Below, piece after piece: positions 28,823 through 40,290 of a DNA stretch of 64,000 nt (position 1 is the stretch's first letter; every line of letters starts with the position of its first letter). The translations under genes and the position numbers were made by a program. This stretch comes from a virus: IMG/VR virus record IMGVR_UViG_3300005573_000063, positions 1-64,000 of that record; one strand, written 5' to 3'. The notes beneath the pieces were generated by a model. The model was not told the origin of the DNA. It made no database searches and worked only from the letters and a program-made list of their open reading frames with translations.

Positions 28823-31141
28823 ATGGCAAGTCTTACTAGCATTATTACACGAATTGTAACAGCACTCCAACTATATGCTCCAGACTGGGATATTAGTCCA
28901 GGTACCCCGGAGTTTACAATGATAGAGGCGTTTGCTAATGAACTTTCAGGACAGGCTAATAATTCTGTTTTGCAGACATACTCACTAGATCCCAATAGTA
29001 TGTCTGGATCTCTTCTAGACAACTTTTGTGCTATCTTCGGTATATATAGGCTACAAGGTACACGTTCAGTAGGATCGGTGGCATTTGCAACAGGCGCTAT
29101 TAGTACATCTAATATCTATATTCCTCTAGGGACACAAGTTTATTACCCCAATTCCAATACAAATGGAAGTAGTGTAAACACAGCTTTTCAAACCACGACA
29201 CCTGCAATTCTTATTGCCGGTACTTTGAGTGTTACGGTTCCAGTAGTTGCAACTCTTACTGGAACTAATGGGAATGTTCCTGCCGGAGCTATCAGTGGTC
29301 TTTCAACAGCCATAGCTGGTATTACCAGTGTAAATAATACATATCAAACTCTCGGAGGATCAAGCCCCGAAAGTGATGCACAACTTAGAAGCAGATTTGA
29401 AGCCACTGTCTTTCGTAATCTAGCTGGTACTTCTCAGCAATTCCTTGCAACTGTGTTGGATAATGCACCAATTACTCAAGCTACTGTGGTAGGACCTGTT
29501 TCTACTTATTTAGAATTGTTGCAGATTTATCAAAATCTAACTATAACTGCTACTGGTGGAACTTATACTTTCACTTACAATGGCGTAACTGGAGCTGCTT
29601 TAGCATATAATGCGACGGCAGCTGAAATTCAATCTAATTTAGAAGCAATTACTGGCATAGGAACTGTTGCAATTGGAGGAACAGGTCCAGGTTATACCAT
29701 CCAGTATTCTAATGCTCTTGTAGAAAATGTAACAATCGGTACAGGTTCTTTAACTGGAGGAAGCGCTACTCTCGTAAGTCAAGTTGCATCTAATATTCCG
29801 GATACTAAATATACATATCCTCAAGGTTCAGAAATTATTTCAAGTCCTAGTAGCGGAGTAGGAGCAGTTTTTGGAGTAGATTACTCTTACATCTGGAATT
29901 CAGGAACACCCCCTCTAGTAATCCAATTTACAGAAAATTCAAATTCTTCTAATTACTCTTGGCTTACTCCTGGCAGTACAGTTCAATTACAGTCTCAATA
30001 TATGGCTATTTCATCTAGAAATACTCCTACCACTAACCCTCCAGTGATGAATAAGGTAGATGTATTTGCACAAGGAACTATTCCTCAACCTATTTCTACA
30101 CAAACGATATTTAATACCGCCAACACTTTCGGAAGCAATAACTCAAACTGGAAAACAATGGCCGGGACTGCCCCCAATAGTGTAGACATCTTTACAGTTC
30201 TTCCCGTAACTCCCCTTATTCCGAATGGCCTTCCCAGTAGCATTACAGTAGGATCATCTACTTATTCATTAGGAATTCCAGGAGTGCAACAATATAACTG
30301 CACTATCACTGGAGCTACAGGAGGTACCTTTACGATAACCATAGGTTCTCAAACAACCGCTCCTATTCCATATAACGCTACTGCTTCTCAAATCGCAGAT
30401 GCTTTCCTCGGACTGCCAACATCCTTACTTGCCAATGTGACGGGAGGGCCTCTGAATACGTCTGCAGTGAATATCCAATATCCTTCGTCTACGAGTGCCA
30501 CTTTTAGTTTCACAGGGCTTACAGGAGGTTCCGGAACCGCCTCAAGTGTTCTCATGAGCTATTATCAGGTAACGGACACTACAACTCTTCATGGCTCTCC
30601 AAGTGCTCAAGATGGAATTGCTTGGGTTGTAACCTCTCCTCCGATAGCTCTTCCTGCCAGCGGAACTCTTCTTTTACTCTCAGGCGCTAATACATATACC
30701 TATAACAGCATTGTGACATCTAACAATGATTTACTCCAACAGGTTCAACTTGTAGGCTCTGATGTATTGATGCACCAAACCCCACTATTACCCTTCATTG
30801 TTAATCTGGTAGTAACTTACACTCAAGGTTCATCATTTTCGGGTGTTAACTCAGGAATTCAAAGTGCTATGGCGCAATACTTCAGCTCCGCTACATTTGG
30901 AAACTTTATTTCACTGGCTGATATTTACACTACAGCTATGGGAGTATCCGGAGTGGGGAATGTGCGTATTGCTAATTCGAGTGATAATGCATATTATTAT
31001 GGATTGCAAGTTCTTGCAGATGACCAAGTACATGTACTGACCACTACCCTATATGACTACCCATTAGCTAGCAATGAATTACCTACTCTTGCGTATGTAA
31101 ATGTTTATCCTCGTTCTCAAAGCACCTTCTTCAGTAGTTAA
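28823..31141 (+). CDS. Baseplate J-like protein
   Basis: GTNGNVPAGAI...GGSSPESDAQLRSRF. Confidence 0.85.
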   Translation: MASLTSIITRIVTALQLYAPDWDISPGTPEFTMIEAFANELSGQANNSVLQTYSLDPNSMSGSLLDNFCAIFGIYRLQGTRSVGSVAFATGAISTSNIYIPLGTQVYYPNSNTNGSSVNTAFQTTTPAILIAGTLSVTVPVVATLTGTNGNVPAGAISGLSTAIAGITSVNNTYQTLGGSSPESDAQLRSRFEATVFRNLAGTSQQFLATVLDNAPITQATVVGPVSTYLELLQIYQNLTITATGGTYTFTYNGVTGAALAYNATAAEIQSNLEAITGIGTVAIGGTGPGYTIQYSNALVENVTIGTGSLTGGSATLVSQVASNIPDTKYTYPQGSEIISSPSSGVGAVFGVDYSYIWNSGTPPLVIQFTENSNSSNYSWLTPGSTVQLQSQYMAISSRNTPTTNPPVMNKVDVFAQGTIPQPISTQTIFNTANTFGSNNSNWKTMAGTAPNSVDIFTVLPVTPLIPNGLPSSITVGSSTYSLGIPGVQQYNCTITGATGGTFTITIGSQTTAPIPYNATASQIADAFLGLPTSLLANVTGGPLNTSAVNIQYPSSTSATFSFTGLTGGSGTASSVLMSYYQVTDTTTLHGSPSAQDGIAWVVTSPPIALPASGTLLLLSGANTYTYNSIVTSNNDLLQQVQLVGSDVLMHQTPLLPFIVNLVVTYTQGSSFSGVNSGIQSAMAQYFSSATFGNFISLADIYTTAMGVSGVGNVRIANSSDNAYYYGLQVLADDQVHVLTTTLYDYPLASNELPTLAYVNVYPRSQSTFFSS

Positions 31142-31158
31142 TCAAATCTAGGATATAT

Positions 31159-32871
31159 ATGCCTAATACCTTTCCGCTAACACCAGATCAAAATCTTCTT
31201 TCAAAGTTAACCAACTTTCCGGAGTCGGTCTATAGTCTTTTGCCTTCGGACTACCTTTATAAGTTCATGTTGGCAATCTTAGGACCAGCTGGAGCGGGAC
31301 AATTTGCATTAGTACAGGATACAGCTCGAAATACTCAAACTCTTAATGAGACTTTGTATTCAGATTTAGATTCTATATTTGGAGAATCTTTTTCGATTCC
31401 TCGTTTAACAAGTGAAGAATACGCACAGAGTGTAAATCCATTTGTAGACATGTTAACTACATCTCAATGGGAGAATGTAAACTATCAAGATTCTCTTTAT
31501 CGGGAAAGAATCAAGTATGTTCTTCAAGCTATTCAAAAGGGAGGCACCCTCCTCGGAATGGGATTGTTAGCTGAAGCATTAACAGGTTATAATTTCATTG
31601 CTATTCCTGGATGGAAACTTTCCTCAACTAACTTAATGAATTTCCCAGATGCTACTTTTAGTGGTGCTACAGGTACAAATTGGACATCTCTAGGACTAAC
31701 CTCCTTTTATCCTACTACTAAATTTTTTCTTAGTGGTGGATATTCTCTCCTAATGGAATCTGTGAATGGGACCTCATGTGGTGTAGTTTCTCCCTATTAT
31801 CCCATCACTGCTGGAGATACTTACAGTTTTATGATTTATGTTTCTCCTGAAGGATCTCCTTTAAGAAATGTCACCCTAACTGCAACATGGTTTTCTTCAG
31901 GAGGAGTAACAACCGGAACGCCTGCTACTATTACTACAGCAGAAATATCTAGTTTTGGTTGGACGCAACTTTTAATACAAGGGATTGCAGCACCCACGGG
32001 TGCAACCCTAGTTAACCTAACTGTATCAGTTGCAGGTATACCAACAGGCGAAACTCATTATGCTGCACAAGCTGGCATATTTAGCGGATCTGTAAGTCAA
32101 TGGACACTTCCTAATCTTGCACGTTTTCCCTCATTGACTAATGAATTCATTTTACTTCCCCTACTTCCCGGTGGGATGCCCGGTCTTCCAGTCTCTTCAT
32201 TGCAAGCACTATATAGTGGGGTAATTACTACTATCAAACCTGCTTCTACAATTCCCACAATTGCCACTGGAGTTATTAATTCAAGTATTCTCCCTATTAG
32301 AGATGCGTGTGCGGATTCGGAATGGTTTTCTCTGGAGCGTTCAGTAACAGCTCCATCTTCAGTATTAGCATCTTCTAATAGCAGTAATTCAAGGAACTGG
32401 TTACAGCCAGACATCCCGACAAATGCTCCCACATTTTCTCACTTGAATATACAACATTCGAACCTGAACCTCAATAATAATATTGGCTCAATAAATGTAA
32501 GTATTTACGATAACTCAATTGCTCACTCTGTTACTCCTATAACTACTCCGGTACAAAATACTCAATGGTCAGCATGGACATCTTTTGGATTGGCGGACTC
32601 ACCCGATAACTACCCTAGCGGTAAGTATCCTGGAGATGCCTCTAAATATACATTGACAGTTCCTCCTGTCTATATTTACGCATGGCCTTCTCAAAGTGCC
32701 TATATTTCTTATTTGACTAACTGGATTTTAAGTCAAGGTGGACAGGTTTCGGGCTCTCTTTACCGACTTCCTATACTGGATAATTATCAACCTCAATCTA
32801 ATAGTCAAAATACCGATATGTTGATGCCGTCTTCTACTGTACTCTATGCAACTATTTTTGGTGGATTATAA
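31159..32871 (+). CDS. Baseplate wedge/tail protein with carbohydrate-binding-like insert
   Basis: DSLYRERI...KGGT motif after baseplate J; beta-sandwich insert. Confidence 0.6.
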   Translation: MPNTFPLTPDQNLLSKLTNFPESVYSLLPSDYLYKFMLAILGPAGAGQFALVQDTARNTQTLNETLYSDLDSIFGESFSIPRLTSEEYAQSVNPFVDMLTTSQWENVNYQDSLYRERIKYVLQAIQKGGTLLGMGLLAEALTGYNFIAIPGWKLSSTNLMNFPDATFSGATGTNWTSLGLTSFYPTTKFFLSGGYSLLMESVNGTSCGVVSPYYPITAGDTYSFMIYVSPEGSPLRNVTLTATWFSSGGVTTGTPATITTAEISSFGWTQLLIQGIAAPTGATLVNLTVSVAGIPTGETHYAAQAGIFSGSVSQWTLPNLARFPSLTNEFILLPLLPGGMPGLPVSSLQALYSGVITTIKPASTIPTIATGVINSSILPIRDACADSEWFSLERSVTAPSSVLASSNSSNSRNWLQPDIPTNAPTFSHLNIQHSNLNLNNNIGSINVSIYDNSIAHSVTPITTPVQNTQWSAWTSFGLADSPDNYPSGKYPGDASKYTLTVPPVYIYAWPSQSAYISYLTNWILSQGGQVSGSLYRLPILDNYQPQSNSQNTDMLMPSSTVLYATIFGGL

Positions 32872-35800
32872 TGCCCCTTGTAGCTAACAATACTAACCCA
32901 ATAAATGACTTTACTCAACAGGGAATAACTCCTTCCTTTTCCATAGATGGCCTTGTGGCTGAAGGCATATACCCCCTTACTGGAGTTATAGATCAACTAA
33001 AAAATACAAATGTATTAACTCCCTACAATGCTCCGGAAATTGGAATAGTTAACTCTACTATGGGATTAGGAATTCCTAATCCATTTATTCCCAATAACAA
33101 TGGATGGTATTCTCCTATAGATTATGGAGGAAGTTCTTCAGAAACATGGGTACAATTCAATCTTTCTTCAAGTACATGGCTGAACAACATTGTATTTTCT
33201 ATCTACAATGTGCCTTGTAATTGGTCTTTGTGGTATGTGGATGGAGAAAGCGGAATTACCCTGCAAGCTACTGATACCAATGGGAATGCTATAGGCGGTG
33301 TCATTTCGGGTTCTTCTCAGATTCTTTCTACGTACAGCTCTCAAGCTACTGGCACTCCGCTAAATGCAACATGGGTAAACTTCAACTACTCCTTATTCCC
33401 AATAGAAACATCTGCGCTTCAGTTGAGAATTGATAGAAATGTCTCCCTTTCCCTTATTCCACTAGATATTCAACCTTCTTTTTCTATTACTCAGTACCCA
33501 GTAGGAATTAGTAATTTCGCTATAAATCTAGCCACAAATAATTGGGAAGATGCCTTCCCCGTGGATTCTCAAGAATCTCGTCAATCCGTATGGGGATTCA
33601 CTGAAGAGATAGCGATAGACCAGCATCCTGGGGGAGATGTTCTAACAACTTCAGGATTTTGGAAGTCCGAACCTCAGCCAGTTAAAGATGCAGTAGTTTG
33701 TTTCTATCTGGATGTAAGATCTACTGAGGAGACTTCTCAAGTTCTAGACACCCTGTACATTGAACCTCTCTACTCTGGCTGTAGAATGAATGTTTATTAC
33801 TCAACTGATACTCCTAATCCTGCAGTTTTCCACCTGTCCCGTAATCAAAGTGCTTTTGATGTAACTGGTACTCCGACTATGGAGCCGTCTTCATCTTCTA
33901 TTCAAGGAACTTTGCTCGGAAACGGCAGTTATTTATCTCTTCCTAACTCCAAAATTTCTCTCTCTCTTCAGAATCCTTTTTCTATTGGGTTGAATTTTTC
34001 GTTACCCTATTCTTTTGAGTCATTTACCAGTGAACAAATGACCTTATGGAGCATTGAAGGTGTCAATACTGATTCACTAGACTTGTCTATTATCTCCAAT
34101 ACTCTTGAGTTGAGATACTATACTTCTTCTACTAACTACACCTCGATTTTGACATGGGTAATCCCTTCCACAGTTGCAGAACCGCTTTCTTTGATAGTTG
34201 GGTATGATGGCACCTCTTTTTACCTATATGCCAATGGAATACTGGAGGACTCTTACTCTAGTAATATACTAACTGGCGCAGTAGCACAAACCCTTTTTAT
34301 TGGCACAAATCCATCTACTTCATTACAGCCAGGAAGCGGGGCTATTTCTAACTTTTTCATAAGGCAAGATTCACCAGAAGCCTCTTTGATAGCCACCTAT
34401 CAGAATAATCCTTCTAGGTTCATAGACGCTAAAGGGGTCTTCGATATTACACGAGGAGATTATAAGGGACTCTTGAATGCTCGGCTAACTCAAGACCTAA
34501 ATTGCCTTTCAGGTCCAGGGTCGGACTACTATTCATCTCTAGTTTGGACACCAGTTCAACAAGATTTTTCTCTTCAAAAGGGCTTCTACCATATCCCTCC
34601 ATGCATAGCTTCATATTTAAAATTAGAAATAACTAATTTATCAGCAAGTCCTTATCCTATGGCTGAGGATTCCATTCCTCAAATTGCACAGGTGTTCCCG
34701 GATTGGATTACATCTTATTTCCAAGATCTTCAAAGTCAATTTGAGAGCAATACCACTCAGATTCAATCTTTCTCTCAAACAGGGTCAGCTCCTATTACTT
34801 TCTACAATGCCATTCCAACAGCTACTCTGTATGGAGAAGCCAACTCATTCCTAGGAACTGGCTCTCCGTGGCCTTCTCAAAATGCTCTAACTCAAAACCA
34901 AATGGGTTCTAGTTCATGGATTATGCCTAATCAGGCTGCATATGTAATAGATCCTACAAGTAGTATCAACACTTTAGATTTGAGCAATAGTTCTGGGAAT
35001 CTACTCAATTCAGAAAATACGCTGACTACATGGATTACTCCACGTTTCTATACAGTAGGTCAACATCAATACAAATATGTAAATATTGAACAAACATGGA
35101 AAGAAGCATATTTTGCCGGTATTTCCAATATTGGAATTTTCCGTTCTCTTCCATTTGTCTACAATGACACTCCTGAATATAATGAATTGTGTCTTTACAA
35201 TGATCCTGGATCTATTGTAAGTCAAGAAGAAACTACTATGCTTCCAGTGGGAGTATTAAACGCCGGAGGGTATGTAGCACAGAATACAAATGACGTGTTG
35301 ATAACACACAATTTATCTTCATTCTCAGAGTGTGATACAGTGCAGTTGGCAGGCATGACATCTGACTGGACATCCGCCCTTACTGATGAAGAGATTCTTC
35401 TTCAAAATACTAATAATGTTATTTTGGAAAATTCAATTTCTTCAACCTTTCAAACCTCTACTGGTCTAGGAATTAGTCCGTCTATTGCATATCGGGACGG
35501 GTCTTACTGGCCGCTGACAGATCCCATTGGTAGCACCAGCGCAGTTGATCTTCTTTCAAATAATTCTCTAGATGTAGAATCTATAGATTCTGCTACTGGG
35601 GTGGTTACATTTCAAAGTACAGGTATTTGGCCTGTGGAAGAACAAAAGAGTGTTGCTATTTCAGGGAGCGGCTATTTAAGTGCACCGATAGCTTACAACC
35701 CATCTTATAATTTTAGCATTTTGGGATCAATTCAAACGACTACCGCAGGTGGTTGTATTTTTAGTATGTCTAGTGCCAGTACCGGCGATACCGATGTAGC

Positions 35801-37409
35801 CTATATCGCATTGTACATGGACACAACAGGACTTCTTCATTTTTATGGAGGAAATTCCCTACTAACAGTTCCAAGTTTGGCAGCTGTGAATGATGGCAAG
35901 ACCCATAGGATTGCAGCTACCCTACAATATCTTCCATCTATAGGAACTACAATCAATTTATATGTTGATGGAATTCTTAATGGATCTATTTCAAATGTGG
36001 CTAATGGTGTTCCTCCAGCTACCTTCTATATCAAATTAGGAGTAGGGAATGTCAGTACTCTCTTAGACCCTCCCACTAATAATTGGTATACTGGATCTCT
36101 TTCTGAATTTATCTTTCTGGACGCATTGGTTAATTCTCAACAAATTACTAAAGATGCGGTTGGGATAATTCCATTTTCCAATTATGGATTGTGTACTTCA
36201 CCTAGTTCTAGTAATGCTGAAAATCTTCTTTCAGAATCGGACTCAAACTTTGACCTAGGAACTTCAGGAAATTGGATCCCAATAACTAACTGTACGGGGT
36301 CCGGCTCTCTTCCAGTTTCTACGGCGTATGCTGAAGGCGGAAGTGGTTACTCTGGAGAATTGACTGCTATAGCATCTGGGAATATAGTAGCTGGAATAGG
36401 AACCTCCACATCTTCTCCATATGCAGTTCCCAACTCAATAGAAAACTTCTTAACTACCTATGGACAAATTCCATATGGAGCTGGAGATTTTGGAGGAGCA
36501 TTATCACCACTTTCCACAACGCAGACATGGACATGGATTGTGGATATTTTAGCTTCTTCGGTAGCTAGAACATGTTATCTGACTGTCAATTATTGGGATG
36601 TTCAAGGAACTCTTTTATCTTCATCTAACGGACCCTCTATAACTGAAACTGTAGGCGCTTGGACTCAAATGTTTGTAACGTCTACCGCACCTGCCAATAC
36701 ATATTCTATTGGTATTGAAGTAACTGTAGAAAATGCAGCATTAGGAGAAAATCACTATATTGCTGAAAATGGATTATTCTCTGGAACCAATACCATATGG
36801 TCCACACCTATCAACTATCAAGGCATGAGAATTTCAGCAGTTGCTAGAGTTTTTCTCCCTGCCAGTTCTCAAGGCACCTACCAGATTAGATTAAAGTCTA
36901 ATGGTCAAATTGTATCAAGCCAATCTTATCAGGGTATACTGAATACGTGGATGGATTTGGAAACTATATATCTCAGTCCATTTACAGGGAGTTCACCGGG
37001 TAGTCTACAGGCAGAAGTAGTACAGATTAACCCAGGTGTTAATGAGTCTTTTATTGTAGGAATGCTTAGTTATTTTTACCATCCAGTAAGATGGGAAATA
37101 TCCACAGATACGGGAAATACATATACACCAATAGTGGTTCCTATTAATAACCCTAATGGATATATGACCATTTCACCATCCAATGAGCTTAAATTGAGAC
37201 TCACTGCACTAACTCCCAATACGTATATCAACGCATTTATGATTCAACCTATTTATGAGCAATCCCCGATTACACCTATTACTCCTATTAATTCTTATCC
37301 CAGTCCTCTGGTGAATGAAAATTTTGCTACTAAAGCTCCCATACTGAAGTCTATGTTTCAGCTTTCAGAGAAGTTTTATCCTGCAAGATTTCTTGGATTA
37401 TTTAGTTAA
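32871..37409 (+). CDS. Large minor tail/receptor-binding protein with LamG-like and CBM-like domains
   Basis: YWPLTD...VNDGKTHRIA...LYVDG (LamG/ConA-like); NLL...NFD (CBM-like). Confidence 0.65.
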   Translation: MPLVANNTNPINDFTQQGITPSFSIDGLVAEGIYPLTGVIDQLKNTNVLTPYNAPEIGIVNSTMGLGIPNPFIPNNNGWYSPIDYGGSSSETWVQFNLSSSTWLNNIVFSIYNVPCNWSLWYVDGESGITLQATDTNGNAIGGVISGSSQILSTYSSQATGTPLNATWVNFNYSLFPIETSALQLRIDRNVSLSLIPLDIQPSFSITQYPVGISNFAINLATNNWEDAFPVDSQESRQSVWGFTEEIAIDQHPGGDVLTTSGFWKSEPQPVKDAVVCFYLDVRSTEETSQVLDTLYIEPLYSGCRMNVYYSTDTPNPAVFHLSRNQSAFDVTGTPTMEPSSSSIQGTLLGNGSYLSLPNSKISLSLQNPFSIGLNFSLPYSFESFTSEQMTLWSIEGVNTDSLDLSIISNTLELRYYTSSTNYTSILTWVIPSTVAEPLSLIVGYDGTSFYLYANGILEDSYSSNILTGAVAQTLFIGTNPSTSLQPGSGAISNFFIRQDSPEASLIATYQNNPSRFIDAKGVFDITRGDYKGLLNARLTQDLNCLSGPGSDYYSSLVWTPVQQDFSLQKGFYHIPPCIASYLKLEITNLSASPYPMAEDSIPQIAQVFPDWITSYFQDLQSQFESNTTQIQSFSQTGSAPITFYNAIPTATLYGEANSFLGTGSPWPSQNALTQNQMGSSSWIMPNQAAYVIDPTSSINTLDLSNSSGNLLNSENTLTTWITPRFYTVGQHQYKYVNIEQTWKEAYFAGISNIGIFRSLPFVYNDTPEYNELCLYNDPGSIVSQEETTMLPVGVLNAGGYVAQNTNDVLITHNLSSFSECDTVQLAGMTSDWTSALTDEEILLQNTNNVILENSISSTFQTSTGLGISPSIAYRDGSYWPLTDPIGSTSAVDLLSNNSLDVESIDSATGVVTFQSTGIWPVEEQKSVAISGSGYLSAPIAYNPSYNFSILGSIQTTTAGGCIFSMSSASTGDTDVAYIALYMDTTGLLHFYGGNSLLTVPSLAAVNDGKTHRIAATLQYLPSIGTTINLYVDGILNGSISNVANGVPPATFYIKLGVGNVSTLLDPPTNNWYTGSLSEFIFLDALVNSQQITKDAVGIIPFSNYGLCTSPSSSNAENLLSESDSNFDLGTSGNWIPITNCTGSGSLPVSTAYAEGGSGYSGELTAIASGNIVAGIGTSTSSPYAVPNSIENFLTTYGQIPYGAGDFGGALSPLSTTQTWTWIVDILASSVARTCYLTVNYWDVQGTLLSSSNGPSITETVGAWTQMFVTSTAPANTYSIGIEVTVENAALGENHYIAENGLFSGTNTIWSTPINYQGMRISAVARVFLPASSQGTYQIRLKSNGQIVSSQSYQGILNTWMDLETIYLSPFTGSSPGSLQAEVVQINPGVNESFIVGMLSYFYHPVRWEISTDTGNTYTPIVVPINNPNGYMTISPSNELKLRLTALTPNTYINAFMIQPIYEQSPITPITPINSYPSPLVNENFATKAPILKSMFQLSEKFYPARFLGLFS

Positions 37410-37417
37410 GGAATTAA

Positions 37418-39307
37418 ATGACTGTTGATCTAAGTGAGATAAAAACAAAAGAAGATCTTGAAAGTTCTATTTTAGTTACCTCTTCTCAAAACTTGAATGG
37501 AGTTTTGAAAATACAAGGGGCTGGAGAGAATTTTAAGAAATTGAGTGATGAATATTTAGATCATCTTGGAACCTTTAGAGATTGGTCCCGTATTCCTTCA
37601 TTTAAGAAGGAAGTTGAATCAGCTAATTATTCTCTATATTGGGACATTTCTAGCAATATCTGGTGGGAAAATTATCTTAGATTCTCCACGGAAAATTTCG
37701 AAGTCAAATCTCCCTTTCTAGACAATCACACCCTTTTCCCTTTTCAACATATAGGAATGAATTTTTGTTATTATGTTCTAACTAATGACTTTAATCCTCG
37801 TGTATTAGTAGAATGGGGGGCCGGAACCGGCAAAACGATTCTTTCCTTATTGATGGCACAAAGATTATTCGAAGAGGGTCGAATAGACAATGTACTGATC
37901 TTCTGCAAAAGAGTAAAACAACCCTCCTGGAAGAAGCATTTTGAAACTGAGACTACTCTTTCAGTACAACAATTAGAAGGAGAGCGAGCAAAGAGACATC
38001 AAGTTTTGAGAGAAACTGATGCACAGGTGTTAATTCTTAATTACGAGAAGGCACGCTTTCCATCTAAGAAACGAAGAAGTAAAGATTTTGACTGGAGTAG
38101 GACCGACCTCAAAGAGTTATTAGAGTTTGTAGACAATAAGAGAGTCTTAATTATTTGCGATGAAGCACAAAAATTCAATAATTCTTTTTCTCAAATTTCT
38201 CAAGGACTAGATGCTCTTTTCAATACTCGAATTGAGGGATATCGTCCTCAATGGGTGGGGGGACTGGCGCTGACAGCTACTCCTTATACTGTGAGTCCTC
38301 TTAATATACATGACATTTATTCAGTACTGGTCCCCAACTTATCAAATGTTTCCGAAGGGAAGAGACAGTTTCAGAATGAATATATGGACCATGCTCATGG
38401 TTTTGATATCTTTGGAGAAGTAGTCCGATGGGATAAAGAGAAGCTATATGTTCTAGGGAAAAGACATGAGAGATATTCCCATATTGTCTCTAAAATGAAC
38501 CCAGACATTGCATCTCAATTCCCTCCCCAACTAGAGCTAGATCCTATCGAAATATCTCTATCCGACGCAGATGCAAAAAAATACAACGAGTTGTATGATT
38601 ATGTACTAGAGTTGAACAACAACAATTGGGATTTTCTGTCACTTAAAAGTGTCGTAAATCTTCTTAGGTCATTCTGCAACACTCCAGTTTCTCTAAACTT
38701 CTCGTCTTCTGATATTGTGTCGAAGTTCAAAACTGAACAAGACGATACAGCTGCATCATCTAAATTTCAATATATTGCAGACTTAGTACAAAATTGCGTT
38801 AATCAGAATGAAAAAGTGGTGTTGTTTTCATACTGGACACATGGCACTCTCTTCCCCTACGCAAATGCCCTCAAGAAGGTGCTGGGATCGTCTGTGTTGC
38901 AAAAAACAATTTGGGGTGTAGGGATGAAAGACTCAGAATTTCAAAGCGCTGTAGACGAATTCAATGGCGTGTCAGGAGGAGCGGTATTATTATCTAGTGA
39001 TGCAGGACAGGACGGAATAGACCTCTATGCTCACAACATAATCCACATTGAAACTCCTACCACATATTCTACATTTAGACAAAGATCAGATCGTATTTCT
39101 CGCTCGGACTCCAGGACTCATGGGATTGAACATAATACGATATATAGATTCAAAACTTCTTCAACAATTGAGGAAGGTGTTGAAAATAAGATGCAACGCA
39201 GAAAACAAGAATCCAGCCTTACTTCTCGATCAAATGAGAGCTTCGAAGATTTGAGGGATCTTCTACTCTTTTCAAAGAGAGAATTAAGACTGGATTCTGG
39301 TTGTTAA
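37418..39307 (+). CDS. SNF2-family DNA helicase
   Basis: LFPFQ, GAGTGKT, DEAQ, LTATP, AGQDGIDL, QRSDRISR. Confidence 0.85.
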   Translation: MTVDLSEIKTKEDLESSILVTSSQNLNGVLKIQGAGENFKKLSDEYLDHLGTFRDWSRIPSFKKEVESANYSLYWDISSNIWWENYLRFSTENFEVKSPFLDNHTLFPFQHIGMNFCYYVLTNDFNPRVLVEWGAGTGKTILSLLMAQRLFEEGRIDNVLIFCKRVKQPSWKKHFETETTLSVQQLEGERAKRHQVLRETDAQVLILNYEKARFPSKKRRSKDFDWSRTDLKELLEFVDNKRVLIICDEAQKFNNSFSQISQGLDALFNTRIEGYRPQWVGGLALTATPYTVSPLNIHDIYSVLVPNLSNVSEGKRQFQNEYMDHAHGFDIFGEVVRWDKEKLYVLGKRHERYSHIVSKMNPDIASQFPPQLELDPIEISLSDADAKKYNELYDYVLELNNNNWDFLSLKSVVNLLRSFCNTPVSLNFSSSDIVSKFKTEQDDTAASSKFQYIADLVQNCVNQNEKVVLFSYWTHGTLFPYANALKKVLGSSVLQKTIWGVGMKDSEFQSAVDEFNGVSGGAVLLSSDAGQDGIDLYAHNIIHIETPTTYSTFRQRSDRISRSDSRTHGIEHNTIYRFKTSSTIEEGVENKMQRRKQESSLTSRSNESFEDLRDLLLFSKRELRLDSGC

Positions 39308-39316
39308 TTATTTGAG

Positions 39317-39817
39317 TTAGGCAGCCTGTGGTAGATACTGCTCCCATTCCGGGAAGTCTTTCACGTACTGACGAGCTACTAGAAGACCCCTAGTGCCCTT
39401 AGGCTGCTTTGGAGTAATGAGAAGCTTGTACCCCATCTCTGAGTTTAGCTTGTTGCCCTTTTTGAAGTTACAGCGCTTACAAGAAGCCACACAATTATCC
39501 CATGAGTGAGAACCCCCTCGACTCTTCGGAATAACATGGTCAATTGTCTCGGCCTTTTCGCCACAATATGCACACCTATGACCATCTCGGGCTAAGACTG
39601 CATTCTTGCAAAGAGCTACCTTAGTTTTTCTAGGTACATTCACATACTTGTGAAGTCGAATAACCGAAGGAACTTCAATCTCGAAGGAAGAAGCGTGCCA
39701 GACTTTCCCAGTTTCTTCAATAACAGTTACTTTGTCATCGTAAATTAGCTGTATTCCTCTTCGAACTGTACATACATGTAAGGGCTCAAAGGTGGAGTTT
39801 AATAAAAGAACTGGCAT
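39317..39817 (-). CDS. HNH endonuclease (McrA-like)
   Basis: VLLLN...RDGHRCAYCG...TIDHVIPKSRGG...CKRCN. Confidence 0.9.
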   Translation of the reverse strand: MPVLLLNSTFEPLHVCTVRRGIQLIYDDKVTVIEETGKVWHASSFEIEVPSVIRLHKYVNVPRKTKVALCKNAVLARDGHRCAYCGEKAETIDHVIPKSRGGSHSWDNCVASCKRCNFKKGNKLNSEMGYKLLITPKQPKGTRGLLVARQYVKDFPEWEQYLPQAA

Positions 39818-39831
39818 CTTAAAATCTCTTT

Positions 39832-40134
39832 CTAGGGCTTATAATTTTTAAGTCTCTGATATTTCTCAGCAGTAGTATGACCATCCCAATGATTTTCTTG
39901 GTAATTTAAATGGGAAAATAAGGATAGTTCCGTATCATGAATGTGCCAAGTCGCTTGACCGACTGGAGTATGAATACATACAATATTGCGCCATTCATCT
40001 TCCCATTCTATTCCTGTATGTTTAGCAAGATGAGCAGGCCATATCTTACTTAAGACACAGACTAGCATATCACGTTCTTCATATGCAAGATCTTTAGAGG
40101 ATTTTTCATTTTGACAATTTTCACAATTTACCAT
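39832..40134 (-). CDS. WDGH-motif protein
   Basis: PVGQATWH...WDGHTTAEKYQRL. Confidence 0.7.
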   Translation of the reverse strand: MVNCENCQNEKSSKDLAYEERDMLVCVLSKIWPAHLAKHTGIEWEDEWRNIVCIHTPVGQATWHIHDTELSLFSHLNYQENHWDGHTTAEKYQRLKNYKP

Positions 40135-40136
40135 AG

Positions 40137-40203
40137 AGCCGAAAGAGGGACTTGAACCCTCCAGAGAACTTTACGAAAGTTCTATGTACCCTGTACTTCC
40201 GGC
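40137..40203 (-). tRNA. tRNA-Thr(CGT), very short D-arm
   Basis: GCCGGAA/TTTCGGC acceptor; GAACT-TTCGTAA-AGTTC; GAGGG-TTCAAGT-CCCTC. Confidence 0.7.
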
Positions 40204-40210
40204 GTATTAG

Positions 40211-40289
40211 TGACAAAGCTAGATGTCGAATCTAGATCAATACTACCGTGTTTGTGGTAGCCAAGGTCGCCGTCCCTTTACCCTTTGCC
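40211..40289 (-). tRNA. tRNA-like gene with 8-nt anticodon loop (undetermined or pseudo)
   Basis: GGCAAAG/CTTTGTC acceptor; CTAGA-TTCGACA-TCTAG; CTACC-ACAAACAC-GGTAG. Confidence 0.5.
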
Positions 40290-40290
40290 A

